Positions 9,943 through 22,325 of a DNA stretch of 64,000 nucleotides are shown piece by piece. Position 1 is the stretch's first letter. Each line of letters opens with the position of its first letter. The notes under the pieces were generated by a model. The model was given only the letters and a program-made list of their open reading frames with translations. It was not told the DNA's origin and did not search any database. The translations under genes and the position numbers were made by a program. The stretch is from a gamma proteobacterium endosymbiont of Trioza apicalis (lineage in GTDB: Bacteria; Pseudomonadota; Gammaproteobacteria; Enterobacterales; G022558485), in the NCBI GenBank assembly GCA_022558485.1, contig CP066222.1, positions 89,930 through 153,929 of the forward strand, written 5' to 3'.

Positions 9943-11064
9943 TTAATATTTAATATTTGGTTTTAAACGAATTCTTATATCTTTTTCTATTTTTTTTATA
10001 TTTTTTATTTTAAAATAAATTGCTTCATTTATTTTTTTTAAATTAGATATTTTAAATAATGGTAGTGTTTTATTTCCTAATAATTTAGGTGCTATATATA
10101 AAATAAATTCATCAATTAATCCATTTGTTAATAATGAGCCTGATAAATTATAACCTGTTTCTATCCAAACATTATTTATTTGTTTTTCTCCTAATTGAAT
10201 CATAAGTAATACTAAATCTAAATTTTTTTTATTTTTTTGTGTAGGTAATATTATTTGTTTTGTTTTTTTGGGCCAAATTAATTTATCTTTTTTTGTTCTT
10301 ATTAACCAAATATTAGTTTTATTTTGTATAATTTTATAGAAAGGTTTTATAAGATTATAATTATCTATGATAATTTTAATAGGTTGACGTAATTTTTTTT
10401 TATAATATATATCTTTAATATTTTTAGTAAGATTTGATCTTTTAATATTTATAGTTGAATTATCTGAAATAATAGTGGTTGAACTTGATAAAATAGCATC
10501 ATTTTCTGCTCTAAAACATTGAACATCTTTACGTGATTTTTTAGAAGTTATCCATTTACTTTCTTTATTTTTCATACCAGTGCAACCATCGATAGATGAA
10601 GCAAGTTTTAATGTTATTTTAGGAAAACCAATACGCATACGTTTTAAAAAACCTATATTTATTTTTTCATTTTTATTTATTATTATATTATTATTTACTA
10701 TAATTTTTTTTTTTTTTAAAAAACTAAATCCATTACCTGATATTTTAGGATTTGGATCTAATATTGATATCACTATTCTTTTTATTCCAAATGATATTAA
10801 CTTATTAATACATGGTGGTGTTTCACCATAATGACTACATGGTTCGAATGTTACATATATTGTTGCATTTTTTGCTTTTTTACCAGCCATATTTAATGCG
10901 TTTATTTCAGCATGAAAATTACCTTTGTTTTGATGATAACCTTCTCCTATAATATAATTATTAATAACTACAATACATCCTACATTAGGATTTGGTGTTG
11001 TTGTAAATTTACCTAAATTTGCAATATTAAATGCATATTTTAAAAAAAATTTATCATATTTCAT
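9943..11064 (-). CDS. ribD: Bifunctional riboflavin biosynthesis protein RibD (deaminase/reductase)
   Basis: 373-aa ORF with a CMP/dCMP-type deaminase zinc motif (HAEINAL...PCSHYG.TPPC) followed by a reductase domain (KLA.S.DG). Confidence 0.93.
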   Translation of the reverse strand: MKYDKFFLKYAFNIANLGKFTTTPNPNVGCIVVINNYIIGEGYHQNKGNFHAEINALNMAGKKAKNATIYVTFEPCSHYGETPPCINKLISFGIKRIVISILDPNPKISGNGFSFLKKKKIIVNNNIIINKNEKINIGFLKRMRIGFPKITLKLASSIDGCTGMKNKESKWITSKKSRKDVQCFRAENDAILSSSTTIISDNSTINIKRSNLTKNIKDIYYKKKLRQPIKIIIDNYNLIKPFYKIIQNKTNIWLIRTKKDKLIWPKKTKQIILPTQKNKKNLDLVLLMIQLGEKQINNVWIETGYNLSGSLLTNGLIDEFILYIAPKLLGNKTLPLFKISNLKKINEAIYFKIKNIKKIEKDIRIRLKPNIKY

Positions 11065-11088
11065 AAAATATACCTTATATTAAAATTA

Positions 11089-12210
<1,122 letters not shown>

Positions 12211-12361
12211 TTATATATAAAAATTTTAATTTATTAAATTTATAGTAAATATTAATATTATTATTTATTAATAATAAATTAATATATTAATTTAATTTAA
12301 ATAAAAATAAATTATAAATTAATATTTATATATTAAATTTAATTTATTTAAAGGATATTAA

Positions 12362-15300
12362 ATGTTTATAGTTTATCATTCTAATAAATCGTATATTCTT
12401 AAAGATATAATGATTAATTTAATTAAAAATTTTCCATTACAAAACCCGTTTAAATCTGAAATAATTTTAGTACAAAATAATTATATAAGTCAATGGATAC
12501 AATTAGAAATAACAAATAAATTAGGTATATCAGCTAATATTAATTTCTTATTTCCTCATAATTTTATTTGGAAGATTTTTTTTCAAATATATAATAAAAA
12601 ACATATTAAAAATCCATTTTCAGGATCATTAATAAAATGGAAATTAATGGATATATTAATTTCTTTAAAAGATAAAAAAGAATTTACATTTATTAATGAA
12701 TATTTAAATAATGATTTTAATAAAGAGAAGTGTTTTTATTTTGCATCTATGGTTGTAAATTTGTATAAATGTTATTTGGTTTTTAGGCCTGAGTTGTTGA
12801 TTGATTGGTTATATAATAAAAATTATAAAAATATTAAAAAATCACAATATTGGCAAATTTTATTATGGAAAGAATTAATAAATGAAAATTCAGAAATTAG
12901 TAAATCATTAATTTTTTATTTAAATATTTATAAAAAAATTATAAAAAAAAAAAATAAAAATAATAATTTTTTTTCAAAATTGCCTAAAAGAATTTTTATT
13001 TTTGGAATTTTTGATTTACCTCCTATGTTTTTACAAATATTATATATTTTAAGTTCGTATATTGACATATATTATTTATTTAATAATCCTTGTAAATATT
13101 TTTGGGGAAATTTTTTAAATAATAATTTGAGCCATCATCTATTAAAACATAATAATTATAATTTTTATAAAACAACACGTTTATTTTTTTTTTATAACAA
13201 AAAAAATAAAAATATTAATAATTTATTATTAAATTTTTTAGGTAAACAAATAGAAAATAATTTATATTTATTATCTCAATTTAAAAATATTATAGAAATA
13301 GAAGTTTTTATTAAACCTACTAGTAATTGTTTATTAAATTTATTACAAAAAGATATTTTATTATTAACAAATTCTTCATTAATTAATAAAAAATATTGTT
13401 TAAATATTAAAGATAATTCATTTAGTATAAATATATGTAATGATGAATATCATGAAATTGAAATTTTACATGATAATTTATTATCTATGATAAAAGAAGA
13501 TTCAACATTGAATCTTAATGACATTATTGTAATAATTTCAGATATTAATCGTTATTTACCTAGTATAAAAGCAATATTTGGTGATTATAATAAAAAATAT
13601 TATTTACCTTATACTATTTATAATAGAAATATTTATTATTTTAATGATATAATATCTACTGTTATAAATTTAATTAAATTACCACATATTAAATTTACTG
13701 TTGATGAAATAATTTCATTTTTAGAAATACCATCTTTAGGTTTACGGTTTTTTATTTATGAAAAAGAATTGAATTTATTACGTAAATGTATAATTAATAA
13801 TGGTATATATTGGGGTTTGGATTATGATACGTATTATAAATTTATGTTATCAGATATTGATTTTTGTAATTGGCAGCATGGTTTAAATAATATATTAATG
13901 AAATATATTTTAATTGATGATAATAATGATGATGATCATATATCTTATATAGAATCTGATGAATTTATAAATAATTTAGTTAGTAATTTAATGAATTTTT
14001 TTATAAAATTGCGTTATTGGAGAGATTGGTTATCAAAACCTCGTTATTTAAATTCATGGAAAATGACTATTAATAATATCATTAATAATTTTTTTGTTAT
14101 AAATGATAAAGAAAAAAATATATTTAATTTATTAAATAATGAATGGATAAAAATAATTAAATATGGTTTGCAAATAAAATATAATAAATTAATTTTAATA
14201 ACTTTAATTAAAAAAGAGTTTTTTAAAAAAATAAAAAAAATTAAAAAACATAAAAAATATTCAATTAATAATATTGTTTTTTGTAATTTTTTAGATTTAA
14301 ATCCAATACCTTTTCGCATTGTTTGTTTAATAGGTATGAATACTAAAGATGAATCAATTGATTTATTTAATCAAAATTACAATTTAATGATTAATAACCC
14401 ACGTTTTGGTGATCCTAATAAAAATAATAAAGATAAATATTTATTTTTAAATTCTTTATTATCTGCTCAGCAAAAAATTTATATTAGCTATATTAATGAA
14501 TCTATTAATAATAATATAGTTTATTATCCTTCTGTATTAATAAAAAATTTAATTGATTATATTTTAAATAATTTTATTATTATTAATAATAAAATAAATT
14601 TTTTTTCTGATAAAAAAAATGTTTATAATTTTTTATGCAAAAAACATAATAAAATTCAAAATTTTTTAGATAAATTTTATTTTAAAAAATATTATTTTAT
14701 TTCTAATAATATATTAATTAATAATTTTAATAAAAATGAAAAAATAGATAGTTTTGTAAAAAAACTACCTAAGATTAATTATAAAAAAATATTTTTTAAA
14801 GATCTTTTAAATTTTTATAAGCATCCTGTTAAATTTTGGTTTCAAAAAAGATTAGGTATTTATTTTAAAGATAATATTAATACATCAATTAATGATGAAT
14901 TATTTATTATTAATAATCTTAAAAATTATCAAATAAGTAAAAAATTACTTAATATTGTTATTAATAATAAAAATCCTGAATTATTATATAATTATATGTA
15001 TAAATATGGTCAATTACTTCATAAATCATTTAGTAAAATATATTGGAATAAATTATATAAAATAATTTATAACCTTTCAATTAAAATAAATAAATATAAA
15101 CTTTCTAGTTCTAAAAATTTTGAATTTATATTAAAATTTAATAATATTAAATTAATAGTTGATCTTTTGTTTGTTCAAAATAATGGTTTATTACGTTGGC
15201 AACCTAGATCTTTATCTACAAAAGATGGATTATTATTATGGTTAGAACATTTAGTTTATTGTATTGCTGGTGGTAATGGAAAAAGTAGGATATTCGGAAC

Positions 15301-15670
15301 ATTTGGAGAATGGTGTTTTCCTAATTTATCAATGGATATTGCTAAAGAAAATTTGTTTTTATTTATTTTAGGTTTTCAGAATGGAATTAACAAACCTTTA
15401 TTATTATTAAATCGTTCTGGTGGTTCATGGTTAAATTATTGTTATAATCCTTTAACAAAAAATATTAATTTTAATAAAAATAAACAAATAAAAGCTAAAA
15501 ATAAATTAATTCAATCTTGGCAAGGTAATAATTTTATTTTAGGAGATAAAAATGATCCTTATTTACAAAAAGTAATAAATAAAATTAATAAAAAATATAT
15601 AATTAAAATAATAAACGCAGCTAAATGTTTTTTTTTACCTTTTTATAAATTTAATAAATCTTTTAATTAA
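12362..15670 (+). CDS. recC: Exodeoxyribonuclease V, gamma subunit RecC
   Basis: 1102-aa ORF colinear end-to-end with E. coli RecC (VYHSN, ILVQ....QW.Q, FNNPC.YFWG, DIIV...DI..Y.P.I.A.FG, KYLFL..L.SAQQK.YISYI, GLLRW.P, LWLEHLVYC..GGNG, final LP.Y.FN.S). Confidence 0.93.
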   Translation: MFIVYHSNKSYILKDIMINLIKNFPLQNPFKSEIILVQNNYISQWIQLEITNKLGISANINFLFPHNFIWKIFFQIYNKKHIKNPFSGSLIKWKLMDILISLKDKKEFTFINEYLNNDFNKEKCFYFASMVVNLYKCYLVFRPELLIDWLYNKNYKNIKKSQYWQILLWKELINENSEISKSLIFYLNIYKKIIKKKNKNNNFFSKLPKRIFIFGIFDLPPMFLQILYILSSYIDIYYLFNNPCKYFWGNFLNNNLSHHLLKHNNYNFYKTTRLFFFYNKKNKNINNLLLNFLGKQIENNLYLLSQFKNIIEIEVFIKPTSNCLLNLLQKDILLLTNSSLINKKYCLNIKDNSFSINICNDEYHEIEILHDNLLSMIKEDSTLNLNDIIVIISDINRYLPSIKAIFGDYNKKYYLPYTIYNRNIYYFNDIISTVINLIKLPHIKFTVDEIISFLEIPSLGLRFFIYEKELNLLRKCIINNGIYWGLDYDTYYKFMLSDIDFCNWQHGLNNILMKYILIDDNNDDDHISYIESDEFINNLVSNLMNFFIKLRYWRDWLSKPRYLNSWKMTINNIINNFFVINDKEKNIFNLLNNEWIKIIKYGLQIKYNKLILITLIKKEFFKKIKKIKKHKKYSINNIVFCNFLDLNPIPFRIVCLIGMNTKDESIDLFNQNYNLMINNPRFGDPNKNNKDKYLFLNSLLSAQQKIYISYINESINNNIVYYPSVLIKNLIDYILNNFIIINNKINFFSDKKNVYNFLCKKHNKIQNFLDKFYFKKYYFISNNILINNFNKNEKIDSFVKKLPKINYKKIFFKDLLNFYKHPVKFWFQKRLGIYFKDNINTSINDELFIINNLKNYQISKKLLNIVINNKNPELLYNYMYKYGQLLHKSFSKIYWNKLYKIIYNLSIKINKYKLSSSKNFEFILKFNNIKLIVDLLFVQNNGLLRWQPRSLSTKDGLLLWLEHLVYCIAGGNGKSRIFGTFGEWCFPNLSMDIAKENLFLFILGFQNGINKPLLLLNRSGGSWLNYCYNPLTKNINFNKNKQIKAKNKLIQSWQGNNFILGDKNDPYLQKVINKINKKYIIKIINAAKCFFLPFYKFNKSFN

Positions 15671-15832
15671 TTATAAAAAACATATTTCATAAAAAATTTA
15701 GTTTTATTTATTTTTTTTAATATTTAAAGTATAAATATTTAATTTAATTCTTTTAAATAAATTATAATTAATTTTTATTTATTCTTATAAATATTTAATT
15801 TATTTTTTAATAAAATATATTTGAGGTTTTAA

Positions 15833-16696
15833 ATGATATTTAAAAAATTTGATAAAATTTTAAAATTTTGTTCATTATTGATAATACCTATATTATTAAG
15901 TGGTTATAGTGAAATTATTTTAATGAACCCTAAGGGTCAAATTGGATTACAACAACGTTCACTAATATTAACATCTTTAGGATTAATGTTAATTATAGTC
16001 ATACCTGTTATTATTATGGTTATTTTATTTACTATAAAATATAATGAATCTAATATAAAATCAAAATATAAACCAAATTGGTCTCATTCTAATAAATTAG
16101 AATTTATTATATGGTTTATACCAATTTTAATTATATCTATTTTAGCTTTTATAACTTTTAAATCTACTTATGAGTTGGATCCAAATAAATCTATAATTTC
16201 AAATAATAAGCCCATTATTATTGAAGTTATTGCTTTAAATTGGAAATGGTTATTTATTTATCCAAAAGAAAATATTGCTACTATTAATGAAGTTGTTTTT
16301 CCAGTTAATATTCCAATAGAATTCAGAATTACTTCTGATTCAGTTATGAATTCTTTTTTTATACCTCAATTAGGAAGTCAAATATATGCAATGAACGGTA
16401 TGCAATCAAAATTAAATCTTATAGCTAATACACCTGGTTTATATAAAGGTATATCATCAAATTTTAGTGGACAAGGTTTTTCTGATATGAAATTTAATGT
16501 TATAGTTACAATAAATAAATTTAAATATAATGAATGGATTGATAAAGTAAAAAATTCTCCAAATAAAATTATTACTAATGATGATTATCAAAAAATATAT
16601 AAATCAAGTATAAATAATAAAATTAATTATTTTTCTAAAATTAAATTAAATTTATTTAATGATATTATTGATAAATTTATTTGTAAAAAAAAATAA
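15833..16696 (+). CDS. cyoA: Cytochrome bo3 ubiquinol oxidase subunit II
   Basis: 287-aa ORF colinear with E. coli CyoA (PKGQIGL.QRSLILT, KY.PNWSHSNK.E, TS.SVMNSFFIPQLGSQIYAM.GMQ). GAGG lies upstream of the ATG. The lipobox Cys is replaced by Tyr (LLSGY). Confidence 0.95.
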   Translation: MIFKKFDKILKFCSLLIIPILLSGYSEIILMNPKGQIGLQQRSLILTSLGLMLIIVIPVIIMVILFTIKYNESNIKSKYKPNWSHSNKLEFIIWFIPILIISILAFITFKSTYELDPNKSIISNNKPIIIEVIALNWKWLFIYPKENIATINEVVFPVNIPIEFRITSDSVMNSFFIPQLGSQIYAMNGMQSKLNLIANTPGLYKGISSNFSGQGFSDMKFNVIVTINKFKYNEWIDKVKNSPNKIITNDDYQKIYKSSINNKINYFSKIKLNLFNDIIDKFICKKK

Positions 16697-16735
16697 AAAT
16701 ATTAATATATAATAAAAATATATTAAGGAATTAAA

Positions 16736-18697
16736 ATGTTAGGAAGATTATCATTTAATTCAATTCCATACCATGATCCCATAATTATGATAACATTAAT
16801 TATTATTATTTTAATTAGTTTAGGGTTAATTATGTTTGTTACTTATTTGGGTAAATGGAAATATTTTTGGTTAGAATGGTTAACTTCTGTTGATCACAAA
16901 AAAATTGGTATTATGTATATAATATTAGCTATAATTATGTTAATAAGAGGGTTTGTTGATGCGATAATGATGAGGATTCAACAATTTATTGCTTCATCTG
17001 GGCATTTAGGTTTTTTACCCCCTCATCATTATGATCAAATAGTAACAGCTCATGGTGTTATTATGATTATTTTTATGGCAACTCCACTTATAGTTGGTTT
17101 GATGAATTTAATAGTACCATTGCAAATTGGTGCTCGTGATGTTGCATTTCCCTTTTTAAATTCTGTTAGTTTTTGGTTATTTGCTGTTGGTGTTATTCTT
17201 ATTAATCTTTCATTAGGTTTAGGTGAATTTGCTCAAGTAGGTTGGGTTGCATATCCACCATTATCAGGTATTAAATATAGTCCTGGTGTTGGTATGGATT
17301 ATTGGATTTGGAGTATTCAAATAGCTGGTATAGGTACTACTTTAACAGGTATTAACCTTTTTGTTACAATTTTACGAATGAGATCTAAAGGGATGTCTTT
17401 AATGAAAATGCCAGTTTTTACATGGGCATCTTTATGTACTAATATTTTAATTATTATTGCTTTTCCAATTTTAACTGTAACAATTGCTTTATTAACTTTA
17501 GATCGTTATTTAGGAACTCATTTTTTTACTAGTGAAATGGGTGGAAATATGATGATGTATGTAAATTTATTTTGGGCTTGGGGGCATCCAGAAGTATATA
17601 TTTTAATTTTACCTGTTTTTGGTATATTTTCTGAAATTGTTGCAACTTTTTCTAAAAAAAAATTATTTGGTTATACATCTTTAGTTTGGGCAACTATTGC
17701 TATTACTATTTTATCATTTTGTGTATGGCTTCATCATTTTTTTACTATGGGGTCAGGTGCTAATGTTAATTCATTTTTTGGAATTATGACAATGATTATA
17801 GCTGTTCCTACTGGAGTTAAAATTTTTAATTGGTTATTTACTATTTACCAAGGTCGTTTAACCTTAAATTCGTCTATGTTATGGACAATAGGTTTTATTA
17901 TAACTTTTTCTATTGGTGGGATGGCTGGTGTTTTACTTGCTGTTCCTGGTGCAGATTTTGTATTACATAATAGTTTATTTTTAATTGCTCATTTTCATAA
18001 TGTTATTATTGGTGGTGTTGTGTTTGGTTGTTTTGCTGGTATAACTTATTGGTTTCCTAAAGCATTTGGTATTATATTAAATGAAACTTGGGGTAAACGT
18101 GCGTTTTATTTTTGGATTGTTGGTTTTTATGTTGCTTTTATGCCTTTATATATTCTTGGTTTTATGGGTATGACTAGACGATTAAGTCAAAATATAGATC
18201 CTATGTTTCATTCATTATTAACAGTGGCTGCTTTTGGTGTATTTATAATAACTATTGGTATTTTATGTCAAATTATTCAAATAATAATTAGTATACGTAA
18301 TTATAATTTAAATATTGATATTACAGGTGATCCATGGAATGGTAGAACTTTAGAATGGTCAACCACTTCCCCTCCTCCTTTTTATAACTTTGCTATTATT
18401 CCAAAAATAAATAATAAACATGATATATTTTGGCAAATAAAAAAAACAGGTATTATTTATAATGAATCAGATATTTATAAATCTATTCATATGCCTAGAA
18501 ATACAAGTTCAGGTATTATTATAGGATTTTTTAGTTTATTATTTGGGTTTTCTATGATATGGTATATTTGGTGGTTATCTATTATAGGATTTATTGGTAT
18601 AATAATAACTTGTATATTCCATAGTTTTAATAAACATAGAAGTTATAATATTTTATTAGAAAAAATTAAATATATTGAAAATAAAATAATAAATTAA
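16736..18697 (+). CDS. cyoB: Cytochrome bo3 ubiquinol oxidase subunit I
   Basis: 653-aa ORF, a highly conserved haem-copper oxidase subunit I ([40 protein letters not shown]). Confidence 0.97.
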   Translation: MLGRLSFNSIPYHDPIIMITLIIIILISLGLIMFVTYLGKWKYFWLEWLTSVDHKKIGIMYIILAIIMLIRGFVDAIMMRIQQFIASSGHLGFLPPHHYDQIVTAHGVIMIIFMATPLIVGLMNLIVPLQIGARDVAFPFLNSVSFWLFAVGVILINLSLGLGEFAQVGWVAYPPLSGIKYSPGVGMDYWIWSIQIAGIGTTLTGINLFVTILRMRSKGMSLMKMPVFTWASLCTNILIIIAFPILTVTIALLTLDRYLGTHFFTSEMGGNMMMYVNLFWAWGHPEVYILILPVFGIFSEIVATFSKKKLFGYTSLVWATIAITILSFCVWLHHFFTMGSGANVNSFFGIMTMIIAVPTGVKIFNWLFTIYQGRLTLNSSMLWTIGFIITFSIGGMAGVLLAVPGADFVLHNSLFLIAHFHNVIIGGVVFGCFAGITYWFPKAFGIILNETWGKRAFYFWIVGFYVAFMPLYILGFMGMTRRLSQNIDPMFHSLLTVAAFGVFIITIGILCQIIQIIISIRNYNLNIDITGDPWNGRTLEWSTTSPPPFYNFAIIPKINNKHDIFWQIKKTGIIYNESDIYKSIHMPRNTSSGIIIGFFSLLFGFSMIWYIWWLSIIGFIGIIITCIFHSFNKHRSYNILLEKIKYIENKIIN

Positions 18698-18714
18698 TAA
18701 AAAATAGGTGAAAA

Positions 18715-19329
18715 ATGTTAATTAACAACTTAACAAATAATTTTATTAATTTTTTTAAATTTAAAGATTATAATACAAAAAATAATACTTTATTTGGTTT
18801 TTGGATTTATTTAATGAGTGACTGTATTTTATTTGCTACATTATTTTCTGTATATGTTGTTTTAAAAGATGGAGTAGCATATGGACCAAATATTAAAGAT
18901 ATTTTTAATTTATCATATGTATTAATTGAAACTTTATTGTTATTTTTTAGTAGTATTACATATACATTAGTAATTTTATATTTATATAATAATAATAAAA
19001 AATTAGTTAATATTTGGTTAATTTTAACTTTTTTATTTGGTTTATTATTTTTATTTATGGAAATATATGAATTTATACATTTAATTAATGATGGCTATGG
19101 TCCTAATCGTAGTGGTTTTTTATCAAGTTTTTTTGCTTTATTAGGAACACATGGTTTACATGTTATTTTTGGTCTTATTTGGATCTTAGTGATGATAATG
19201 CATATTAAATTTTATGGAATAAATAAAATTAATAAAATTAGTTTAAAATGTTTAGGTTTATTTTGGCATTTTTTAGATATAATATGGATTTGTTTATTTA
19301 CTATAGTTTATTTAATGGGGGTAGTTTGA
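18715..19329 (+). CDS. cyoC: Cytochrome bo3 ubiquinol oxidase subunit III
   Basis: 204-aa multi-pass membrane ORF following cyoB (FGFWIYLMSDCILFATLF, LLGTHGLHV, LFWHFLDIIWI). Confidence 0.93.
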   Translation: MLINNLTNNFINFFKFKDYNTKNNTLFGFWIYLMSDCILFATLFSVYVVLKDGVAYGPNIKDIFNLSYVLIETLLLFFSSITYTLVILYLYNNNKKLVNIWLILTFLFGLLFLFMEIYEFIHLINDGYGPNRSGFLSSFFALLGTHGLHVIFGLIWILVMIMHIKFYGINKINKISLKCLGLFWHFLDIIWICLFTIVYLMGVV

Positions 19330-19664
19330 TGTTTAATATTATTAAAAAAAAATTTTTTATATTAAATAATATTAAAAAAAAATATTTAATTGGTTTTATT
19401 TTTTCATTTTTTTTAACAATTATACCTTTTTATTTTATTTTTCAAAAAAATTTTTTTAAACCTTGGTTGATAATTGCTATATTATTATTATGCGCTATAA
19501 TACAAATATTTACACATTTAATTTGTTTTTTGCATATTAATAATTCATCAGAACAGAGATGGAATTTAATATCTTTAATATTTTCAACATTAATAATATT
19601 AATTTTAGTTAATGGTACTATATGGATTATGATTCATCTTAATCAAAATTTAATGAAATATTAA
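19329..19664 (+). CDS. cyoD: Cytochrome bo3 ubiquinol oxidase subunit IV
   Basis: 111-aa hydrophobic ORF starting at the ATG that overlaps the cyoC stop (TGATG, 19327-19331). Its size and position match E. coli CyoD (109 aa). The track's start at 19248 lies inside cyoC and is rejected. Confidence 0.85.
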   Translation: MFNIIKKKFFILNNIKKKYLIGFIFSFFLTIIPFYFIFQKNFFKPWLIIAILLLCAIIQIFTHLICFLHINNSSEQRWNLISLIFSTLIILILVNGTIWIMIHLNQNLMKY

Positions 19665-19746
19665 AAATATATTATTAATTTTTTTTTAAATTTATTAATA
19701 ATTTTATTATTTTAAAAATAATTTTTTTTAACCTAAGAGATAAATA

Positions 19747-20367
19747 ATGTTTAATAAAATTAAAAGAGATAATATTAATTATATGTCTTTAATTCCTATG
19801 GTAGTAGAGCAAACATCTAGAGGTGAGCGTTCATATGATATTTTTTCACGTCTCTTAAAAGAGAGATTAATTTTTTTGATTGGTGAAATAGAAGATTATA
19901 TGGCAAATATTATCGTTGCTCAAATGATGTTTTTAGAGGCAGAAGATCCTGATAAGGATATATATCTTTATATAAATTCTCCTGGGGGTATTATTACTGC
20001 GGGTATGTCTATATATGATACAATGCAATTTATTAAACCAAATGTTGGTACATTTTGTATAGGACAAGCTTCGTCTATGGGTGCTTTTATTTTATCAGCA
20101 GGCGCTAAAGGTAAACGTTTTTGTTTACCTAATTCTCGTATGATGATTCATCAACCATTAGGAAGTTTTAGGGGTCAAGCTACAGATATAGAAATTCATG
20201 CAAAAGAAATAATTAAAGTTAAATCTTGTATGAATAAATTGATGTCTAAACACACTGGTCAACCTATTGAAATAATACAAAAAGATACAGAACGTGATTG
20301 TTTTTTATCAGCAACTGAAGCATTAAATTATGGTTTAATAGATTCAATTTTACATAAACGTAAATAA
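19747..20367 (+). CDS. clpP: ATP-dependent Clp protease proteolytic subunit
   Basis: 206-aa ORF about 75% identical by eye to E. coli ClpP ([56 protein letters not shown]). Confidence 0.98.
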   Translation: MFNKIKRDNINYMSLIPMVVEQTSRGERSYDIFSRLLKERLIFLIGEIEDYMANIIVAQMMFLEAEDPDKDIYLYINSPGGIITAGMSIYDTMQFIKPNVGTFCIGQASSMGAFILSAGAKGKRFCLPNSRMMIHQPLGSFRGQATDIEIHAKEIIKVKSCMNKLMSKHTGQPIEIIQKDTERDCFLSATEALNYGLIDSILHKRK

Positions 20368-20464
20368 GTTTTTTAAAAATTATTTTAATATTATTAAAAT
20401 TATTAGTTATATATAATAAATAAAATTTATATTAAACTTTATTTAAATTAAGAGGTATTTATAA

Positions 20465-21736
20465 ATGTCAAATAAATTAAAGAAATATTTCAATAAAAAT
20501 ATTTATTGTTCTTTTTGTAATAAAAATCAATATGAAATATTAAGATTGATAGCTGGGCCAAATGTATATATATGTAATGAATGTATTGAATTATGTACAG
20601 AAATAATTCAATATGAATTTGAAAATGTTATTTCACCTAATTTTAATCATGATAAGTTACCAACGCCTCACAAAATTTTAAGATATTTAAATACTTATGT
20701 TATTGGTCAAAAAAAAGCAAAAAAAGTATTATCAGTTGCAGTATATAATCATTATAAACGTTTATGTAATGATACTATTTATAATGGTATAGAACTAAAT
20801 AAAAGTAATATATTATTAATAGGTACTACCGGTAGTGGTAAAACTTTATTAGCCGAAACTCTTGCTAAATTTTTAGATGTTCCTTTTGCTATGTCTGATG
20901 CAACTACTTTAACTGAAGCTGGTTATGTAGGTGAAGATGTTGAAAGTATTATTCATAAATTATTACAAAATTGTAATTATGATATAGAACGAGCACAATG
21001 TGGTATTGTTTATATTGATGAAATAGATAAAATATCACGCAAATCTGACAATCCTTCTATTACTAGAGATGTTTCTGGTGAAGGTGTTCAACAAGCTTTG
21101 TTAAAATTAATAGAAGGTACATTGGCTTCAATTCCTCCTCAAGGTGGTCGTAAACATCCTCATCAAGAATTTATACAAATAGATACTTCTAAAATTTTAT
21201 TTATATGTGCTGGTGCTTTTACTGGTTTAAATAAAATTATTGAAAAAAGAACTGTTAATTCTGGTATTGGTTTTAACGCTAATATTAAAACAAAACAACA
21301 AAAACTTACTGAAAGTGAATTATTAACAAAAGTTGAATCAGAGGATTTAATAAAATTTGGTTTAATTCCTGAATTAATTGGACGTTTGCCAATTATATCA
21401 ACACTTAATGAATTAACAGAAAAAATGTTATTAAAAATTTTAAAAGAACCTAAAAATGCTATTATAAAACAATATCAAGCATTATTTGCTATTGAAGGCG
21501 TTATTTTAGAATTTAAAAATAACGCATTAATTGCTATAGCAAAAAAAGCAATAAAAAGAAAAACTGGAGCTAGAGGTTTACGATCTATTATAGAAAAATT
21601 TCTTTTAGATACTATGTTTGATTTACCATCTATTAATAATAATGTGTTTAAAATAATTATTGATAAAAATGTTGTTAACAATGGTACTAAACCATTGTTT
21701 TTTTATAAAAATGATGAAAATAATAATTTTATTTAA
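20465..21736 (+). CDS. clpX: ATP-dependent Clp protease ATP-binding subunit ClpX
   Basis: 423-aa ORF with an N-terminal zinc-binding CxxC...CxxC domain, Walker A (GTTGSGKT), YIDEIDKI and sensor motifs. It follows clpP as in E. coli. Confidence 0.98.
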   Translation: MSNKLKKYFNKNIYCSFCNKNQYEILRLIAGPNVYICNECIELCTEIIQYEFENVISPNFNHDKLPTPHKILRYLNTYVIGQKKAKKVLSVAVYNHYKRLCNDTIYNGIELNKSNILLIGTTGSGKTLLAETLAKFLDVPFAMSDATTLTEAGYVGEDVESIIHKLLQNCNYDIERAQCGIVYIDEIDKISRKSDNPSITRDVSGEGVQQALLKLIEGTLASIPPQGGRKHPHQEFIQIDTSKILFICAGAFTGLNKIIEKRTVNSGIGFNANIKTKQQKLTESELLTKVESEDLIKFGLIPELIGRLPIISTLNELTEKMLLKILKEPKNAIIKQYQALFAIEGVILEFKNNALIAIAKKAIKRKTGARGLRSIIEKFLLDTMFDLPSINNNVFKIIIDKNVVNNGTKPLFFYKNDENNNFI

Positions 21737-21979
21737 AAATAAATTTTATAATTTTTTAAATATATATTAATAAAATTATTTTTTAATTTTTTAATAAATA
21801 ATAATATGAATATTAAGAGTTTAATATATATGCATTTTTTCTTTTTTAAAAAAAATTTTTATTATTTATATTATTTTATTTAAAATAAATAATCATTAAA
21901 AAAATTAATTTTATTAAATAAAATATTTTAATTTAATATATATAAGATATAATAATTAAATAAATTATTAAAAATTTAT

Positions 21980-22315
21980 TTAATTACATTTTTTAATTAA
22001 ATTTGCTATTTTAATACAATTATTAAATGATTTATTATAAATAAATAATAATTTAGGTATATTAAATAAATATATTTTTTTACTAAGTAAATTGCGTATA
22101 AATCCTGATGCATTTTGTAAAATAGTTAAATTTTTTTTTTTATTATTCAAAAAAGTTACGAAAATTTTTGCATAAATTAAATCACGTGATATTTCTACAT
22201 TAGAAATGTTAGTATATTTAATACGTAAATCATTTATTTTATAATGCATTATTATAGAAATTTCTTGATGTATTTTTTTAGTAATACGCAAAAAACGATT
22301 TGAATTTTTTTTCAT
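21980..22315 (-). CDS. rbfA: Ribosome-binding factor A
   Basis: 111-aa ORF matching E. coli RbfA (R....I.KEI..I, VE.SRDL.YAK..VTFLN, LQ.ASGFIR.LL.K). Confidence 0.85.
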   Translation of the reverse strand: MKKNSNRFLRITKKIHQEISIIMHYKINDLRIKYTNISNVEISRDLIYAKIFVTFLNNKKKNLTILQNASGFIRNLLSKKIYLFNIPKLLFIYNKSFNNCIKIANLIKKCN

Positions 22316-22325
22316 AAATAATCCT

